Assembly: GCA_965197425.1 (NCBI GenBank)
Contig: CBDANC010000014.1
Location: 32,001-96,000 of the forward strand
Source of the DNA: Bdellovibrionales bacterium
GTDB taxonomy: Bacteria > Bdellovibrionota > Bdellovibrionia > Bdellovibrionales > JAUICD01
Reading direction: 5' to 3'
Length of the DNA stretch: 64,000 bases
Of this stretch, positions 9,643 to 19,408 are shown in pieces. Every line of letters starts with the position of its first letter. The first letter of the stretch is position 1. A program made the translations under genes and the position numbers. A model generated the notes under the pieces. It searched no databases. It was not told where the DNA came from and was given only the letters and a program-made list of their open reading frames with translations.

Positions 9643-10098
9643 ATGCTTTCTATCGGTGAGTCCGCACCCCTATTTTCTCTCCCAGATCAAGACAAAAATA
9701 CAGTAAACCTAAAAGATTTTTTAGGCAAAACTGTTGTTATCTACTTCTATCCAAAAGATATGACACCAGGATGTACAAAAGAATCTTGCGATTTCCAAGA
9801 AAATCTAACCAAATTTAAAAACACTGAAATTCTAGGAATTAGCAGAGACTCCACAAAAAGCCACAAAAAGTTTTGCGATAAATATAATCTCCAATTCAAA
9901 CTACTCTCAGATGAAGATGGTACAGTGTGTAAGAAATACAAAGTTTTGGGGCAAAAAACATTATTTGGGGTTACTAAGTTAGGTATTTTGAGGACCACAT
10001 TTGTAATTGATGTAGAAGGGAGAATAAAAGAAATTTTTGAAAAGGTAAAGGTTACAGGACACGTGCAAGAGGTCCTTAAGTCTATTCAAAAGGGTTAG
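9643..10098 (+). CDS. bcp: Thiol peroxidase Bcp (peroxiredoxin Q)
   Basis: YFYPKDMTPGCTKESCDF active-site motif; GGAGGAG RBS. Confidence 0.95.
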   Translation: MLSIGESAPLFSLPDQDKNTVNLKDFLGKTVVIYFYPKDMTPGCTKESCDFQENLTKFKNTEILGISRDSTKSHKKFCDKYNLQFKLLSDEDGTVCKKYKVLGQKTLFGVTKLGILRTTFVIDVEGRIKEIFEKVKVTGHVQEVLKSIQKG

Positions 10099-10105
10099 GT
10101 ACAAA

Positions 10106-10597
10106 GTGAGATTGATAAAATTTAACGAAATACCAGAAGACGGCCTATCTCTAAACCTGAATGCTTTGGATTTAGGCCCATTATGGGACGATGTGCTTAC
10201 TCTATCCATGAAGGTTCAAATTCATGCTGTTTCCGGTGGGTGTACATTGATTGGTAGTGTAATAAGCAAACTAATACTTACATGTTCGTTTTGTATGAAA
10301 AAGTTTGAGTACCCTTTAAAAGAAGATTTTTCGGATTTGGTATTGCTAGATAAAGGTGATGTGGTAAATGATAATAGCTCCGATATGTTTGTGAAAATGG
10401 TCTCAGAACCCCTTGTTGATTTGCGTCTTTTGAGCCGTGAAATTATAAACTTATCCATTCCTATGCAAGTGGCTTGTGTTAATGGTTGTAAGGGATTATG
10501 CTCCAGTTGCGGTGTAAACTTGAATTATGAAGAGTGTGCCTGCGAAAGTTTGGAAATTGAAAACCCGTTTTCAATTTTGAAAAGTATCGATATGTGA
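10106..10597 (+). CDS. yceD: YceD/DUF177 family protein
   Basis: CSFC, then CxxxCKGLCSSCGVNLNYEECAC and NPFSILK; directly upstream of rpmF. Confidence 0.88.
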   Translation: MRLIKFNEIPEDGLSLNLNALDLGPLWDDVLTLSMKVQIHAVSGGCTLIGSVISKLILTCSFCMKKFEYPLKEDFSDLVLLDKGDVVNDNSSDMFVKMVSEPLVDLRLLSREIINLSIPMQVACVNGCKGLCSSCGVNLNYEECACESLEIENPFSILKSIDM

Positions 10598-10609
10598 AAA
10601 GAGGAGATT

Positions 10610-10786
10610 ATGGCAGAACCTACCAGTAAGACCACTAGGTCTAGAAGAGCTAGCAGAAGATCACATAATGCTATTCACTTTCATGGGAGTCCAAAGTGTC
10701 CCAATTGTGGATCTATAGTTAGATCACATAGAGTGTGTAGTACATGCGGTCAATACAAGAAAAGAGAAATATTCGCTAAGCAATAA
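10610..10786 (+). CDS. rpmF: 50S ribosomal protein L32
   Basis: Hand translation (58 aa): MAEPTSKTTRSRRASRRSHNAIHFHGSPKCPNCGSIVRSHRVCSTCGQYKKREIFAKQ; GAGGAG RBS; below the ORF track length cutoff. Confidence 0.93.
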   Translation: MAEPTSKTTRSRRASRRSHNAIHFHGSPKCPNCGSIVRSHRVCSTCGQYKKREIFAKQ

Positions 10787-10836
10787 AACCTACATCCTCA
10801 TTTGAGGGTTTAAATTCTGTTTGAGGAGAGACATAC

Positions 10837-11820
10837 TTGCGAAGCAATAAACCTTGTATTTTATCAACCGGTTCATATTTACCCAAAAAAGTTCTTACTA
10901 ACTCAGAGCTAGAACGTATTGTAGACACAAGCGATGAGTGGATAGCCTCCAGAACTGGAATCAAACAAAGACATATTGCTTCAGAAGATCAAGTCACAAG
11001 TGACTTGGCATATGAGGCCTCAATTAGAGCTTTAGAAATGGCAAAGCTTGTATCAAGTGATCTTGATATGATCATTGTAGCCACTATAACCCCAGATCAG
11101 CTAATGCCCACAACAGCTTGTGTTTTGCAAGAAAAATTAAAGGCAAGAAATATCATGGCATTCGATATGCAAGCTGCTTGCTCTGGTTTTTTATACGCAC
11201 TACACCTTGCAGAACAATCCATAAAAAATGGGACAAGCAACATACTTGTAATTGGAGCAGATATTCTGTCTAGAATAACAAACTACAAAGACAGAGAAAC
11301 CTGTATTTTATTTGGAGACGGTGCAGGAGCTGCAATTGTATCTACCAGTAAGTCTGATTCTATAATAATTGACTCTATCATGCAGTCAGATGGCAGCCTA
11401 GGTAAATACGTAACCCTTATGGCCGGAGGAAGTAGGATGCCTTGCTCCGAAAAAGCATTAGAACTTGAGGCTCAATATGTAAATATGAAAGGAAAAGAGC
11501 TTTTTAAATATGCAGTAAGAGCAGTGGTCGATGTATGCAATGAAATTTTAAATAAAAACAATACTAAATTAGACGATGTAGATTGGATAATACCTCATCA
11601 AGCAAATACCAGAATCATCGAGAAAGCTATGAATCAACTACAATTTCCTATGGAAAAAACAGTAGTAAATATTGATCATGCTGCTAACACCTCGGCCGCA
11701 ACCATACCAATTGCTCTGGATGAATTTGCTAGAGAAAACAAAATAAAAAGAGGCGATCTAGTTTTAATGATTTCTTTTGGAGGTGGTTTTACAAGTGGTG
11801 CAACATTAATGCGGTACTAG
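10837..11820 (+). CDS. fabH: Beta-ketoacyl-ACP synthase III
   Basis: AACSGF, LFGDGAGA, PHQANTRII and NTSAATIP motifs. Confidence 0.96.
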   Translation: MRSNKPCILSTGSYLPKKVLTNSELERIVDTSDEWIASRTGIKQRHIASEDQVTSDLAYEASIRALEMAKLVSSDLDMIIVATITPDQLMPTTACVLQEKLKARNIMAFDMQAACSGFLYALHLAEQSIKNGTSNILVIGADILSRITNYKDRETCILFGDGAGAAIVSTSKSDSIIIDSIMQSDGSLGKYVTLMAGGSRMPCSEKALELEAQYVNMKGKELFKYAVRAVVDVCNEILNKNNTKLDDVDWIIPHQANTRIIEKAMNQLQFPMEKTVVNIDHAANTSAATIPIALDEFARENKIKRGDLVLMISFGGGFTSGATLMRY

Positions 11821-11822
11821 AT

Positions 11823-12734
11823 ATGATAGCATTCATATTTCCTGGGCAAGGAAGCCAGTCAAAGGGCATGGCAAAAAAAAATTTTGAAGCCTTTAAACCT
11901 ATACAAGAGGTATTCGAACATGCCTCTGATACATTAAGCCTGGATATGAAAAAACTATTATTTGAAGATCCAAATAATCAACTCAATCTAACAGAATATA
12001 CACAGCCAGCACTACTTACCGTATCTGTTGCCTATCACAAAATACTAAGTACATACGTAGATCCAAAATTTATGGCTGGACATTCTCTAGGAGAATACTC
12101 AGCTCTTGTAGCCGCAAAATGTTTAGATTTTGAAGAATCTTTGAAAGCAGTAAAACTTAGAGGAAAATACATGCAAGCCTCAGTGGGAGGAAAAAATGGG
12201 AAAATGGTAGCAGCAATTGGCAGTATTAAGGATGTAGAACAACTATTAGATTGGTATAAAAAACAAAAACTTGATCATGTACTTGAAATTGCAAATTATA
12301 ATTCACCTACTCAAACAGTTTTAAGTGGACACAAAGAAGCAGTAGACCAAATACTAGACAAAAAAGAGTTCAACTTAAAATTTATACCACTTAAAGTGTC
12401 AGCACCATTTCATTGTTCTCTGATGCTGGAAGCGAAAAAAAACATGACTCCAATAATTGAACAGATGCAGATCAATAATCCGGAAGTAAGCATAATAACT
12501 AACTACCAAGCTAAGGAGGTTACAGATGCCAACACTATAAAACATCACCTTGTAGAGCAAATAACAAGCCCCGTATTATGGGTACAAACCATATTGTTGC
12601 TAAGTAAACTGGGGGTAAGTAAGTTTGTAGAAGTAGGCTCTGGCAATGTGTTGACCAAATTACTTAAAAAATTTGACAATTTAAACTACCAATCATTCAA
12701 TATAGACTCTCCTAAAGACTTTGAGGCCTTATGA
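11823..12734 (+). CDS. fabD: Malonyl-CoA:ACP transacylase
   Basis: FPGQGSQ, GHSLGEYSA and VSAPFH motifs. Confidence 0.96.
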   Translation: MIAFIFPGQGSQSKGMAKKNFEAFKPIQEVFEHASDTLSLDMKKLLFEDPNNQLNLTEYTQPALLTVSVAYHKILSTYVDPKFMAGHSLGEYSALVAAKCLDFEESLKAVKLRGKYMQASVGGKNGKMVAAIGSIKDVEQLLDWYKKQKLDHVLEIANYNSPTQTVLSGHKEAVDQILDKKEFNLKFIPLKVSAPFHCSLMLEAKKNMTPIIEQMQINNPEVSIITNYQAKEVTDANTIKHHLVEQITSPVLWVQTILLLSKLGVSKFVEVGSGNVLTKLLKKFDNLNYQSFNIDSPKDFEAL

Positions 12735-13471
12735 ATTTAGAAGGATCAAACATATTTATCACAGGTGGAAGCAGAGGCATTGGTGCTGCCACGGCTGTAG
12801 CTACCTCCAAACTAGGGGCAAAAGTAATTATCACCTACAATTCAAACAAAGATGAAGCAGAAAGCTTGATAAAAAAACTAAACAACAAGGCAAAGGCCTT
12901 ACAGATGAATATAGAAGATCCAGAATCAATATCTGATGCCACCAGTAAAGCTATAGAAATTTTTGATAGAAAAATAGACGGTGTGGTAAATAATGCTGGA
13001 ATAACCAAAGACAATCTCATGCTAAGAATGAGCTCAGATGATTTTTCCAAAGTAATCAATATAAATTTAAAAGGCACCTTTTTGGTGTCTCAGGCCTTCA
13101 TAAAGCCCATGATGAAGCAAAAAAGTGGGTCATTTGTGCATATTACCAGTGTAATTGGTCAAATAGGGCAAGCTGGACAAGCTAATTACGCTGCAAGTAA
13201 AGCAGGTATAGAAGCATTTTCTAAATCCCTTGCAAAGGAGCTTGCGTCTAGGAATATTAGGTCAAACTGCATAGCACCAGGTTATGTGAATACCGACATG
13301 ACAAAAAATTTAGATGAAAAAGTTAAAGAAAATTTGCTAAAACATATTCCATTAAACAGAGTAGCCGATGTGTTTGAAATAGCACATCCTGTATGTTTTT
13401 TATTGAGTAGTGACTCAAGTTATATTACAGGTCAAACTATTGGTGTTAATGGCGGTATAAATATGTGCTAA
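12731..13471 (+). CDS. fabG: 3-oxoacyl-ACP reductase
   Basis: TGGSRGIG, NNAGITKD and YAASK motifs; position in the fab operon. Confidence 0.95.
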   Translation: MNLEGSNIFITGGSRGIGAATAVATSKLGAKVIITYNSNKDEAESLIKKLNNKAKALQMNIEDPESISDATSKAIEIFDRKIDGVVNNAGITKDNLMLRMSSDDFSKVININLKGTFLVSQAFIKPMMKQKSGSFVHITSVIGQIGQAGQANYAASKAGIEAFSKSLAKELASRNIRSNCIAPGYVNTDMTKNLDEKVKENLLKHIPLNRVADVFEIAHPVCFLLSSDSSYITGQTIGVNGGINMC

Positions 13472-13486
13472 ATAAAGGGAGGTTAC

Positions 13487-13723
13487 ATGTCCGTTGAGGA
13501 TAAGCTAATAAATACTATTTCAGAGCAGCTGGGGGTGGATAAAAGCAAAGTCACACCAGAAGCATCATTTACGACAGATCTTGGAGCCGATAGCCTAGAT
13601 AGTGTAGAACTGATCATGGCTATTGAAGATGAGTTTGAAATAGAAATTCCAGATGAAGATGTAGAAAAACTGAAAACAGTAGGAGAGCTTCAAGACTACA
13701 TTAACCAGAATGCTAAGAGTTGA
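13487..13723 (+). CDS. acpP: Acyl carrier protein
   Basis: [17 protein letters not shown] phosphopantetheine site. Confidence 0.97.
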   Translation: MSVEDKLINTISEQLGVDKSKVTPEASFTTDLGADSLDSVELIMAIEDEFEIEIPDEDVEKLKTVGELQDYINQNAKS

Positions 13724-13750
13724 TTCGCATTAACTTTTTTTGGATCTTTT

Positions 13751-15019
13751 ATGAGTTCTAGGTTTTATAAAGAACCAAAAGCAGTAAAGAGAGTTGTAGT
13801 AACAGGTATGTCTACTATTACTCCAGTAGGAGGCACCCTTGACGAGTCTTGGAAAGGTTTAATTAACGGAACTTCTGGCATAAAAGAGATAACACAATTT
13901 GATGCCTCCAGGTTTCAAACCAAAATAGCAGGTGAAGTGGATAACTTCAGCCTATCTGGGGTTATACCGGATAAGAGTATAAAAAGACTTGCTAGGTTTT
14001 CTCAATTTTCTATAAAAGCTGCTCGCGATGCACTCACTGACAGTGGCCTACCAACCCGTTTTGACGACGATCTTGCTAACAGAACAGGATGCATCATTGG
14101 GGTAGGTATGGGAGATTTAGGGTTCATCCACAAAACCTCAACAATAGTTGATACAAAAGGCCCTTCTAGAATTTCACCTTTCTTTATTCCAACCACCATA
14201 GTAAACATGGCATCTGGTCAGGTTGCAATTTTTATAAACGCAAAAGGCCCTAACTATTCAATAACATCTGCATGTGCATCAGGAGCACATTCAATAGGTG
14301 AGGCAGCTAAATATATAAAAGACGACATTTGTGATATAATGGTAGTTGGAGGATCTGAATCTTTAATAACAGAAGTTGCAATAGGCGGATTTAACTCCAT
14401 GAAAGCCCTATCAATTAGAAACTCAGAGCCAGAAACAGCCAGTAGGCCTTGGGACGAGGAAAGAGATGGATTTGTTATGAGTGAAGGTTGTGGCATTATG
14501 GTTTTAGAAAGTTTTGAACAAGCATCCAAAAGAGGAGCTAAGATATATTGCGAATTAACAGGCTATGGAGCATCTTGTGATTCAAGCCATATAACAACAC
14601 CACATAATGAAGGTAAGGGGGCGTCCATAGCTATGCTTAATGCAATGAAAGATGCCAATGTTAATCCAGAAGATATAGATTATATAAATGCCCATGGAAC
14701 ATCCACACCTATAGGAGATAGTGTAGAAACCTTGGCAATAAAAAAGACTTTCCCTAATCCAAAAGATATCATGATAAGTTCCACCAAAAGTATGACAGGT
14801 CATATGCTAGGTGCAGCAGGTGCGTGTGAAGGTATCTTTACTGCTATGAGCATTTATAAGGGTGTTATACCACCTACAATAAATTTAGAGTACCCATCTA
14901 AAGACTGTGATCTGGACTACACTCCCATAGTTGCCAGAGAAAGCGAAATAAAACATGCAATGAATAACAGTTTTGGCTTTGGTGGCACCAATGCTTGTTT
15001 GGTATTTTCTAAGTTATGA
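13751..15019 (+). CDS. fabF: Beta-ketoacyl-ACP synthase II
   Basis: SACASGAHSIG, NAHGTSTPIGD, KSMTGHMLGAAG and NSFGFGGTN motifs. Confidence 0.96.
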   Translation: MSSRFYKEPKAVKRVVVTGMSTITPVGGTLDESWKGLINGTSGIKEITQFDASRFQTKIAGEVDNFSLSGVIPDKSIKRLARFSQFSIKAARDALTDSGLPTRFDDDLANRTGCIIGVGMGDLGFIHKTSTIVDTKGPSRISPFFIPTTIVNMASGQVAIFINAKGPNYSITSACASGAHSIGEAAKYIKDDICDIMVVGGSESLITEVAIGGFNSMKALSIRNSEPETASRPWDEERDGFVMSEGCGIMVLESFEQASKRGAKIYCELTGYGASCDSSHITTPHNEGKGASIAMLNAMKDANVNPEDIDYINAHGTSTPIGDSVETLAIKKTFPNPKDIMISSTKSMTGHMLGAAGACEGIFTAMSIYKGVIPPTINLEYPSKDCDLDYTPIVARESEIKHAMNNSFGFGGTNACLVFSKL

Positions 15020-15420
15020 TTTATATAGCTTCTGATCATGCAGGATTTTTATTAAAAGAAAAACTAAAGTCTAAGTTTACATTACATGATTTAGGTAATT
15101 TTGAAAAAGATGAAAAAGTTGACTATCCAGATTTTGCCCTACAACTTTGCAGTAGAATTAAAGACAATGACTTTGGAATTTTAATTTGTGGATCAGGTCA
15201 AGGTATGGTGATGGCTGCAAATAGACATAAACATATAAGAGCATGTTTGTGTCTGGACACTAATCAAGCCAAGCTAGCAAGACAACACAACAATGCAAAT
15301 GTACTATGCTTATCAGGAAGGGTTACAGACAATTCAACAAAGGCAGAAGAAATAGTTAAAGCTTTTCTAGAAACTGATTTTGAAGGTGGTCGCCACCAAA
15401 AAAGACTTTCTAAGTTTTAG
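15016..15420 (+). CDS. rpiB: Ribose-5-phosphate isomerase B
   Basis: ASDHAG, DYPD, CGSGQG, HNNANVL and FEGGRH motifs. Confidence 0.94.
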   Translation: MIYIASDHAGFLLKEKLKSKFTLHDLGNFEKDEKVDYPDFALQLCSRIKDNDFGILICGSGQGMVMAANRHKHIRACLCLDTNQAKLARQHNNANVLCLSGRVTDNSTKAEEIVKAFLETDFEGGRHQKRLSKF

Positions 15421-15445
15421 ATCACCTGATGACTGTGTCATATTC

Positions 15446-15940
15446 CTATTTTCTGTCCAGTGATTCTAATGCTTCTAAAAGAATTGTTTCTAGCTCTAAC
15501 ATTTCAGGTGTTACCACCACTGTGTTTATTTCAGAAATTCTTGAAGTGATTTTTTCTAATTCTAATTTTGTACTTTCAAATATTTGTCGGCTTATACTGG
15601 CGACGCCTGAGAACATATATTGTTCATTTAAACTCTTAAGAACTTCGATAACTGTATCTGCGCTTTCTATGGACCCTTTGTTGTATTCATCAATTTGTCG
15701 AGCAAGATTGGCTATCTTTTGATCTTCTTCATTCTCACTGTCTAGAGATTTTTTTAACTTTCTTTGAAAATCAGCAGAATTGTAGAGTTCAGGTTTTTCT
15801 AACAAGTTCACAGCCTCATCCAAAGTCAAGGTCGGAGCAGAATCCTGCCACAATTTGTAAGTATAATTAAACTCATGTCTTTGTGCATGTAACTCGCCTG
15901 AGAACATTAATAATATTACTATCACAAATAGCCGTTTCAT
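15446..15940 (-). CDS. Hypothetical secreted helical protein
   Basis: GGAGG RBS; signal peptide MKRLFVIVILLMFSGELHA; acidic helical body; no family recognised. Confidence 0.65.
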   Translation of the reverse strand: MKRLFVIVILLMFSGELHAQRHEFNYTYKLWQDSAPTLTLDEAVNLLEKPELYNSADFQRKLKKSLDSENEEDQKIANLARQIDEYNKGSIESADTVIEVLKSLNEQYMFSGVASISRQIFESTKLELEKITSRISEINTVVVTPEMLELETILLEALESLDRK

Positions 15941-16052
15941 AGAAACCTCCTAGTGGTGTGGTTTAGTAGTTTATAACTCGAGAAACTAAAAATATAAATC
16001 CCTTACCTTCTATATCTTTGTATATGACTAAAATTTTCATGGTTTTGTTTAC

Positions 16053-16221
16053 TTACTTGTCTTTTTTTATGTTAGAGATATGTTTTAGATAAAGACGCTT
16101 TGCAGGACCCACACTGTTTTTTTCTTCACCAGCCATAAAATCACCAAAAGGAGTTCCAACCAACCCAACCGGCATTACAGTCTACTAACCCCAGGTCTAC
16201 TACCAGAGTTATAAACAAAAT
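16053..16221 (-). pseudogene. Detached alternative 3' end (WYL-like portion) of the exonuclease gene at 17410-18231
   Basis: 16125-16221 matches 17482-17579 with 2 substitutions and a 1-nt deletion; the remainder encodes EEKNSVGPAKRLYLKHISNIKKDK* versus ENKADSNLPKRFYLRYISSIKKSK* in the intact gene. Confidence 0.85.
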
Positions 16222-16361
16222 TTAGCAATTTCTGTTTAATTTACAGGATATCTTTTAAATTAACGTTAAATGAGATAAGTTGTGAGGTTCAGTATGAATG
16301 TGTCAGGTCTGGCACACCTTTGCGGATATTATCCGTACACCACGAAAGGGAGTATTTTGAT

Positions 16362-17306
16362 ATGAGTTTTTTCAGAAAGTGTATTAATACAAAATACACA
16401 ATCAGTTTGGCCATCATCCTGTCGCTACAGACACTTAATGCCTCTGAATGCTTACAAGTCCTGAATAATAAACCTACCATTGAGCAACTATATCTTGCAA
16501 TAAAAAATAATGATGCAAAAGAAGTAAAGCTTCTATTAGATAGTGGTGCAGATGTAAGCTGGGAAGGGTATATTAAGACCCCTGCCATGCGGGCAATTGA
16601 AGAAGCTCCTTTTCCTGTTCATGTGACAAGTAGTGGTGCTTCATTACTTGTAGATCATGTAACTCCTCTTGTATTAGCAATCAAAGCAAACGCTAGCATT
16701 GAGATTGTGAAATTGCTTGCTAACCATCCCAAAACAGATATCAATAAAAAATTTTCTGGTACAACCCCTCTAATATCGGCGATTAAAAATGAACGAGTAG
16801 ACGTAGTAAGATTTCTTTCAAGTCATATTGACATAGACATAAACTTATCAGTAGGTAGCTGGTTTGATAGTGTTGTAGCGTTTACTCCTCTAATGATAGC
16901 AAGTAAGACGGGTAATGCGGAGATTGTTAGTTTGATCTTGGCGCACACCGAAGTAAAGCCAAATGCTGAAAATAATCTTGCAGATAATTGGTGGAATAAA
17001 ACCGCTCTATTGATTGCGATCTGGGAAAAAAATGCAGAGATCGTTAGTTTGATCTTAGAACACCCTGATGTGATCGATCTTGAATATCCCATTATGCAGG
17101 CGTCCCGTCTTGCGTACGGGGCTACAGAAATATTGGATGTACTTTTAGGCCACCCTGCAGTATCTATAGAGTCTCTTGAACTCTTATTAAAATCTGATTC
17201 ATATATGATGGAGCCTGAAGCACTAGAACAAATAAGAGAAAAAATAAGAAGAAGCAAAAGTATAATACATCGAATAACAAGTAGATTTACGAAAAATGAT
17301 AAATAA
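16362..17306 (+). CDS. Secreted ankyrin-repeat protein
   Basis: ATG at 16362 follows AGGGAG (the track starts at TTG 16320); signal peptide ...LQTLNA-SECLQVL; TPLVLAI, TPLISAI and TPLMIAS ankyrin repeats. Confidence 0.88.
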   Translation: MSFFRKCINTKYTISLAIILSLQTLNASECLQVLNNKPTIEQLYLAIKNNDAKEVKLLLDSGADVSWEGYIKTPAMRAIEEAPFPVHVTSSGASLLVDHVTPLVLAIKANASIEIVKLLANHPKTDINKKFSGTTPLISAIKNERVDVVRFLSSHIDIDINLSVGSWFDSVVAFTPLMIASKTGNAEIVSLILAHTEVKPNAENNLADNWWNKTALLIAIWEKNAEIVSLILEHPDVIDLEYPIMQASRLAYGATEILDVLLGHPAVSIESLELLLKSDSYMMEPEALEQIREKIRRSKSIIHRITSRFTKNDK

Positions 17307-17409
17307 CATCAGTTGGTGCACTTCTTGACGTAGCATTGTATACAAAAGAAAAATTTAATATAAATGTCCTGCAAGAGAAGTGTATTAACTATTATTTTAT
17401 AACTCTATT

Positions 17410-18231
17410 TTATTTGGATTTTTTGATACTAGATATATATCTAAGATAGAATCGCTTTGGTAGGTTTGAATCGGCCTTATTTTCGCCAGCCATAAAATCA
17501 CCAAAAGGAGTTCTAACCAACCCAACCGGCATTACAGTCCTACTAACCCCAGGTCTACTACCAGAGTTATAAACAAAATCTATTTTACTCATTGACACTA
17601 TAGAATCCACAAGCAGCTTAAATTTACTATCTTTTGACAACTCAAAAACAGAAAAATTCTTCCAATTAAACTCAATGTCCATCACCTGTTCAACTCTTTC
17701 TAAACTAAGTGGTTTTATATGCTCAAAACATTTCAAAGCTAAATCCATACATATTCTTGCATCATTTAAAGCTATATGCAGTTTTGTTTTTTTTAAATGT
17801 AAATAATCTATTAGAGTTGGGAGTTTATGATTTGGGGCATCCTTAAACACAGACCTTGAAAGAAGTGATGTACAAATAACTTTGTTGCAAGGTAGGTCTA
17901 ATCCATTTCTTTCTAGATCGTAAGACAAAAACCCTAAGTCAAATGGTGCATGATGAGCTATCAAAATCCCACCTTTTGAAAATTTCAAAAATTCCTCTAA
18001 AACTGGTTTGGCGAATCGTGCCGAATCTAAACTTTTTTTGGAATGACCATGAATTTGCTCTGATATAGGGTTGATATCACCCTCCGGCCTTATGGTACTT
18101 GAAAATTCATCTACTATTTGACCATTTTTATATTTTACAGCTGCAATTTCACAGATCTCCCATTTCACCGGATATGCACCAGTTGTTTCTGTGTCGAATG
18201 CTACTAATGTTTGATCCAATAGTGATGGCAT
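17410..18231 (-). CDS. DEDDh (DnaQ-like) 3'-5' exonuclease with C-terminal WYL-like domain
   Basis: FDTETTG, AHHAPFD and HIALNDA motifs; C-terminus ...IDFVY...RTVMPVGL...KRFYLRYISSI fits the WYL pattern. ATG at 18231 preferred over TTG 18279. Confidence 0.85.
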   Translation of the reverse strand: MPSLLDQTLVAFDTETTGAYPVKWEICEIAAVKYKNGQIVDEFSSTIRPEGDINPISEQIHGHSKKSLDSARFAKPVLEEFLKFSKGGILIAHHAPFDLGFLSYDLERNGLDLPCNKVICTSLLSRSVFKDAPNHKLPTLIDYLHLKKTKLHIALNDARICMDLALKCFEHIKPLSLERVEQVMDIEFNWKNFSVFELSKDSKFKLLVDSIVSMSKIDFVYNSGSRPGVSRTVMPVGLVRTPFGDFMAGENKADSNLPKRFYLRYISSIKKSK

Positions 18232-18384
18232 AGTTTTGTGGAGACTAACACATAATAAAGTATTGGGTCTAGTGAACAAAATAACATCTTTCTCCTCTGG
18301 ACTTTCATTTAGAATTTTAAATCAGAACTACGTATTCTAAATCATGTAATGCTCTTTTATATTGAAGTGTTCTAAGGTTTAAAT

Positions 18385-19308
18385 ATGCAAGGCTTTGATT
18401 TTATACCAGTCATTCCACCAAACTACGAAGAGAAAATAATTTTAACATTCATGGTGGTTGTAGTAATACTGGCCTCCAGATGGGTTATCTCCAATATTGT
18501 CTTTAAACACATTGAAAATCGCCAAGCTCGATACTACTGGCAAAAGTCAATCTCCATTACCAGTAATGCTCTAATAATAATATTTGCAGCCAGAATTTGG
18601 TTTGAAGGGGTTGATTCAGCAGCTACCTACCTTGGTCTATTATCAGCAGGTCTTGCAATTGCTTTAAAAGATCCTATCGCTAATCTGGCTGGATGGATTT
18701 TTATAGTGATAGGCAAACTATTTAGCCTAGAAGAACGTATAGAAATAGGTGATATAAAGGGAGATGTAGCTGACATCAGATTTTTTGAGTTCACCTTATT
18801 AGAAATAGGAAACTGGATAAATGCAGATCAACCTACTGGCAGAATTGTACATGTACCCAACGCTAAAGTATTCCTACAACCAATATACAGCTACAACAGA
18901 GGGTTTAAATATATCTGGCACGAAATAAGTGTTATGGTCACATTTGAAAGTAACTGGAAAAAGACAAAAGAAATTTTAGTAAACATACTTAAGAACAAAC
19001 AATTTAATTTAGATCGTCCTGCACAACGAGCCTTACGTGAAAGTTCAAAAAAGTTTATGATACTCTACAAAAACTTAGCTCCGGAAGTCTATACAACTGT
19101 CTTGGATAGTGGAGTCATGTTCCACATGAGGTTTTTATGTGATCCTAAAAAAAGGAGAGTAGCCACACAACTTATCTGGGAGCAAATATTACACCAATTT
19201 AGTCTAAATGATGATATAGACTTAGCGTACCCAACCACAAGGTTTTACAATGGACAAGAAAAATATAACAACTATCCACCACCTCCACCACCATCACTTC
19301 CAAAGTAG
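18385..19308 (+). CDS. MscS family small-conductance mechanosensitive channel
   Basis: GLLSAGLAIALKDPIANLAGW, ERIEIGDIKGDVADI and LAYPT motifs. Confidence 0.92.
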   Translation: MQGFDFIPVIPPNYEEKIILTFMVVVVILASRWVISNIVFKHIENRQARYYWQKSISITSNALIIIFAARIWFEGVDSAATYLGLLSAGLAIALKDPIANLAGWIFIVIGKLFSLEERIEIGDIKGDVADIRFFEFTLLEIGNWINADQPTGRIVHVPNAKVFLQPIYSYNRGFKYIWHEISVMVTFESNWKKTKEILVNILKNKQFNLDRPAQRALRESSKKFMILYKNLAPEVYTTVLDSGVMFHMRFLCDPKKRRVATQLIWEQILHQFSLNDDIDLAYPTTRFYNGQEKYNNYPPPPPPSLPK

Positions 19309-19320
19309 GTTTTAGTTTTT

Positions 19321-19400
19321 ATTGCCTGATTGCCCGTTTGCCTGCTTGCCCGATTGGCTGATTGGCTGATTACCTGACTGCCCGATTACCTGACTGCCTG
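19321..19400. repeat. Degenerate 8-nt tandem array, 10 units (consensus about ATTGCCTG)
   Basis: attgcctg attgcccg tttgcctg cttgcccg attggctg attggctg attacctg actgcccg attacctg actgcctg. Confidence 0.95.
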
Positions 19401-19408
19401 ATCCCAGA

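Noticed and set aside
16310..16323. Sigma-54 promoter TGGCAC...TTGC upstream of the ankyrin gene
   Set aside because: GG to GC spacing is one base shorter than the strict -24/-12 consensus.
16125..17579. DGR template/variable repeat pair for the 97-bp duplication
   Set aside because: Only 2 substitutions and an indel, too few to show adenine-specific mutagenesis, and no reverse transcriptase in the window.
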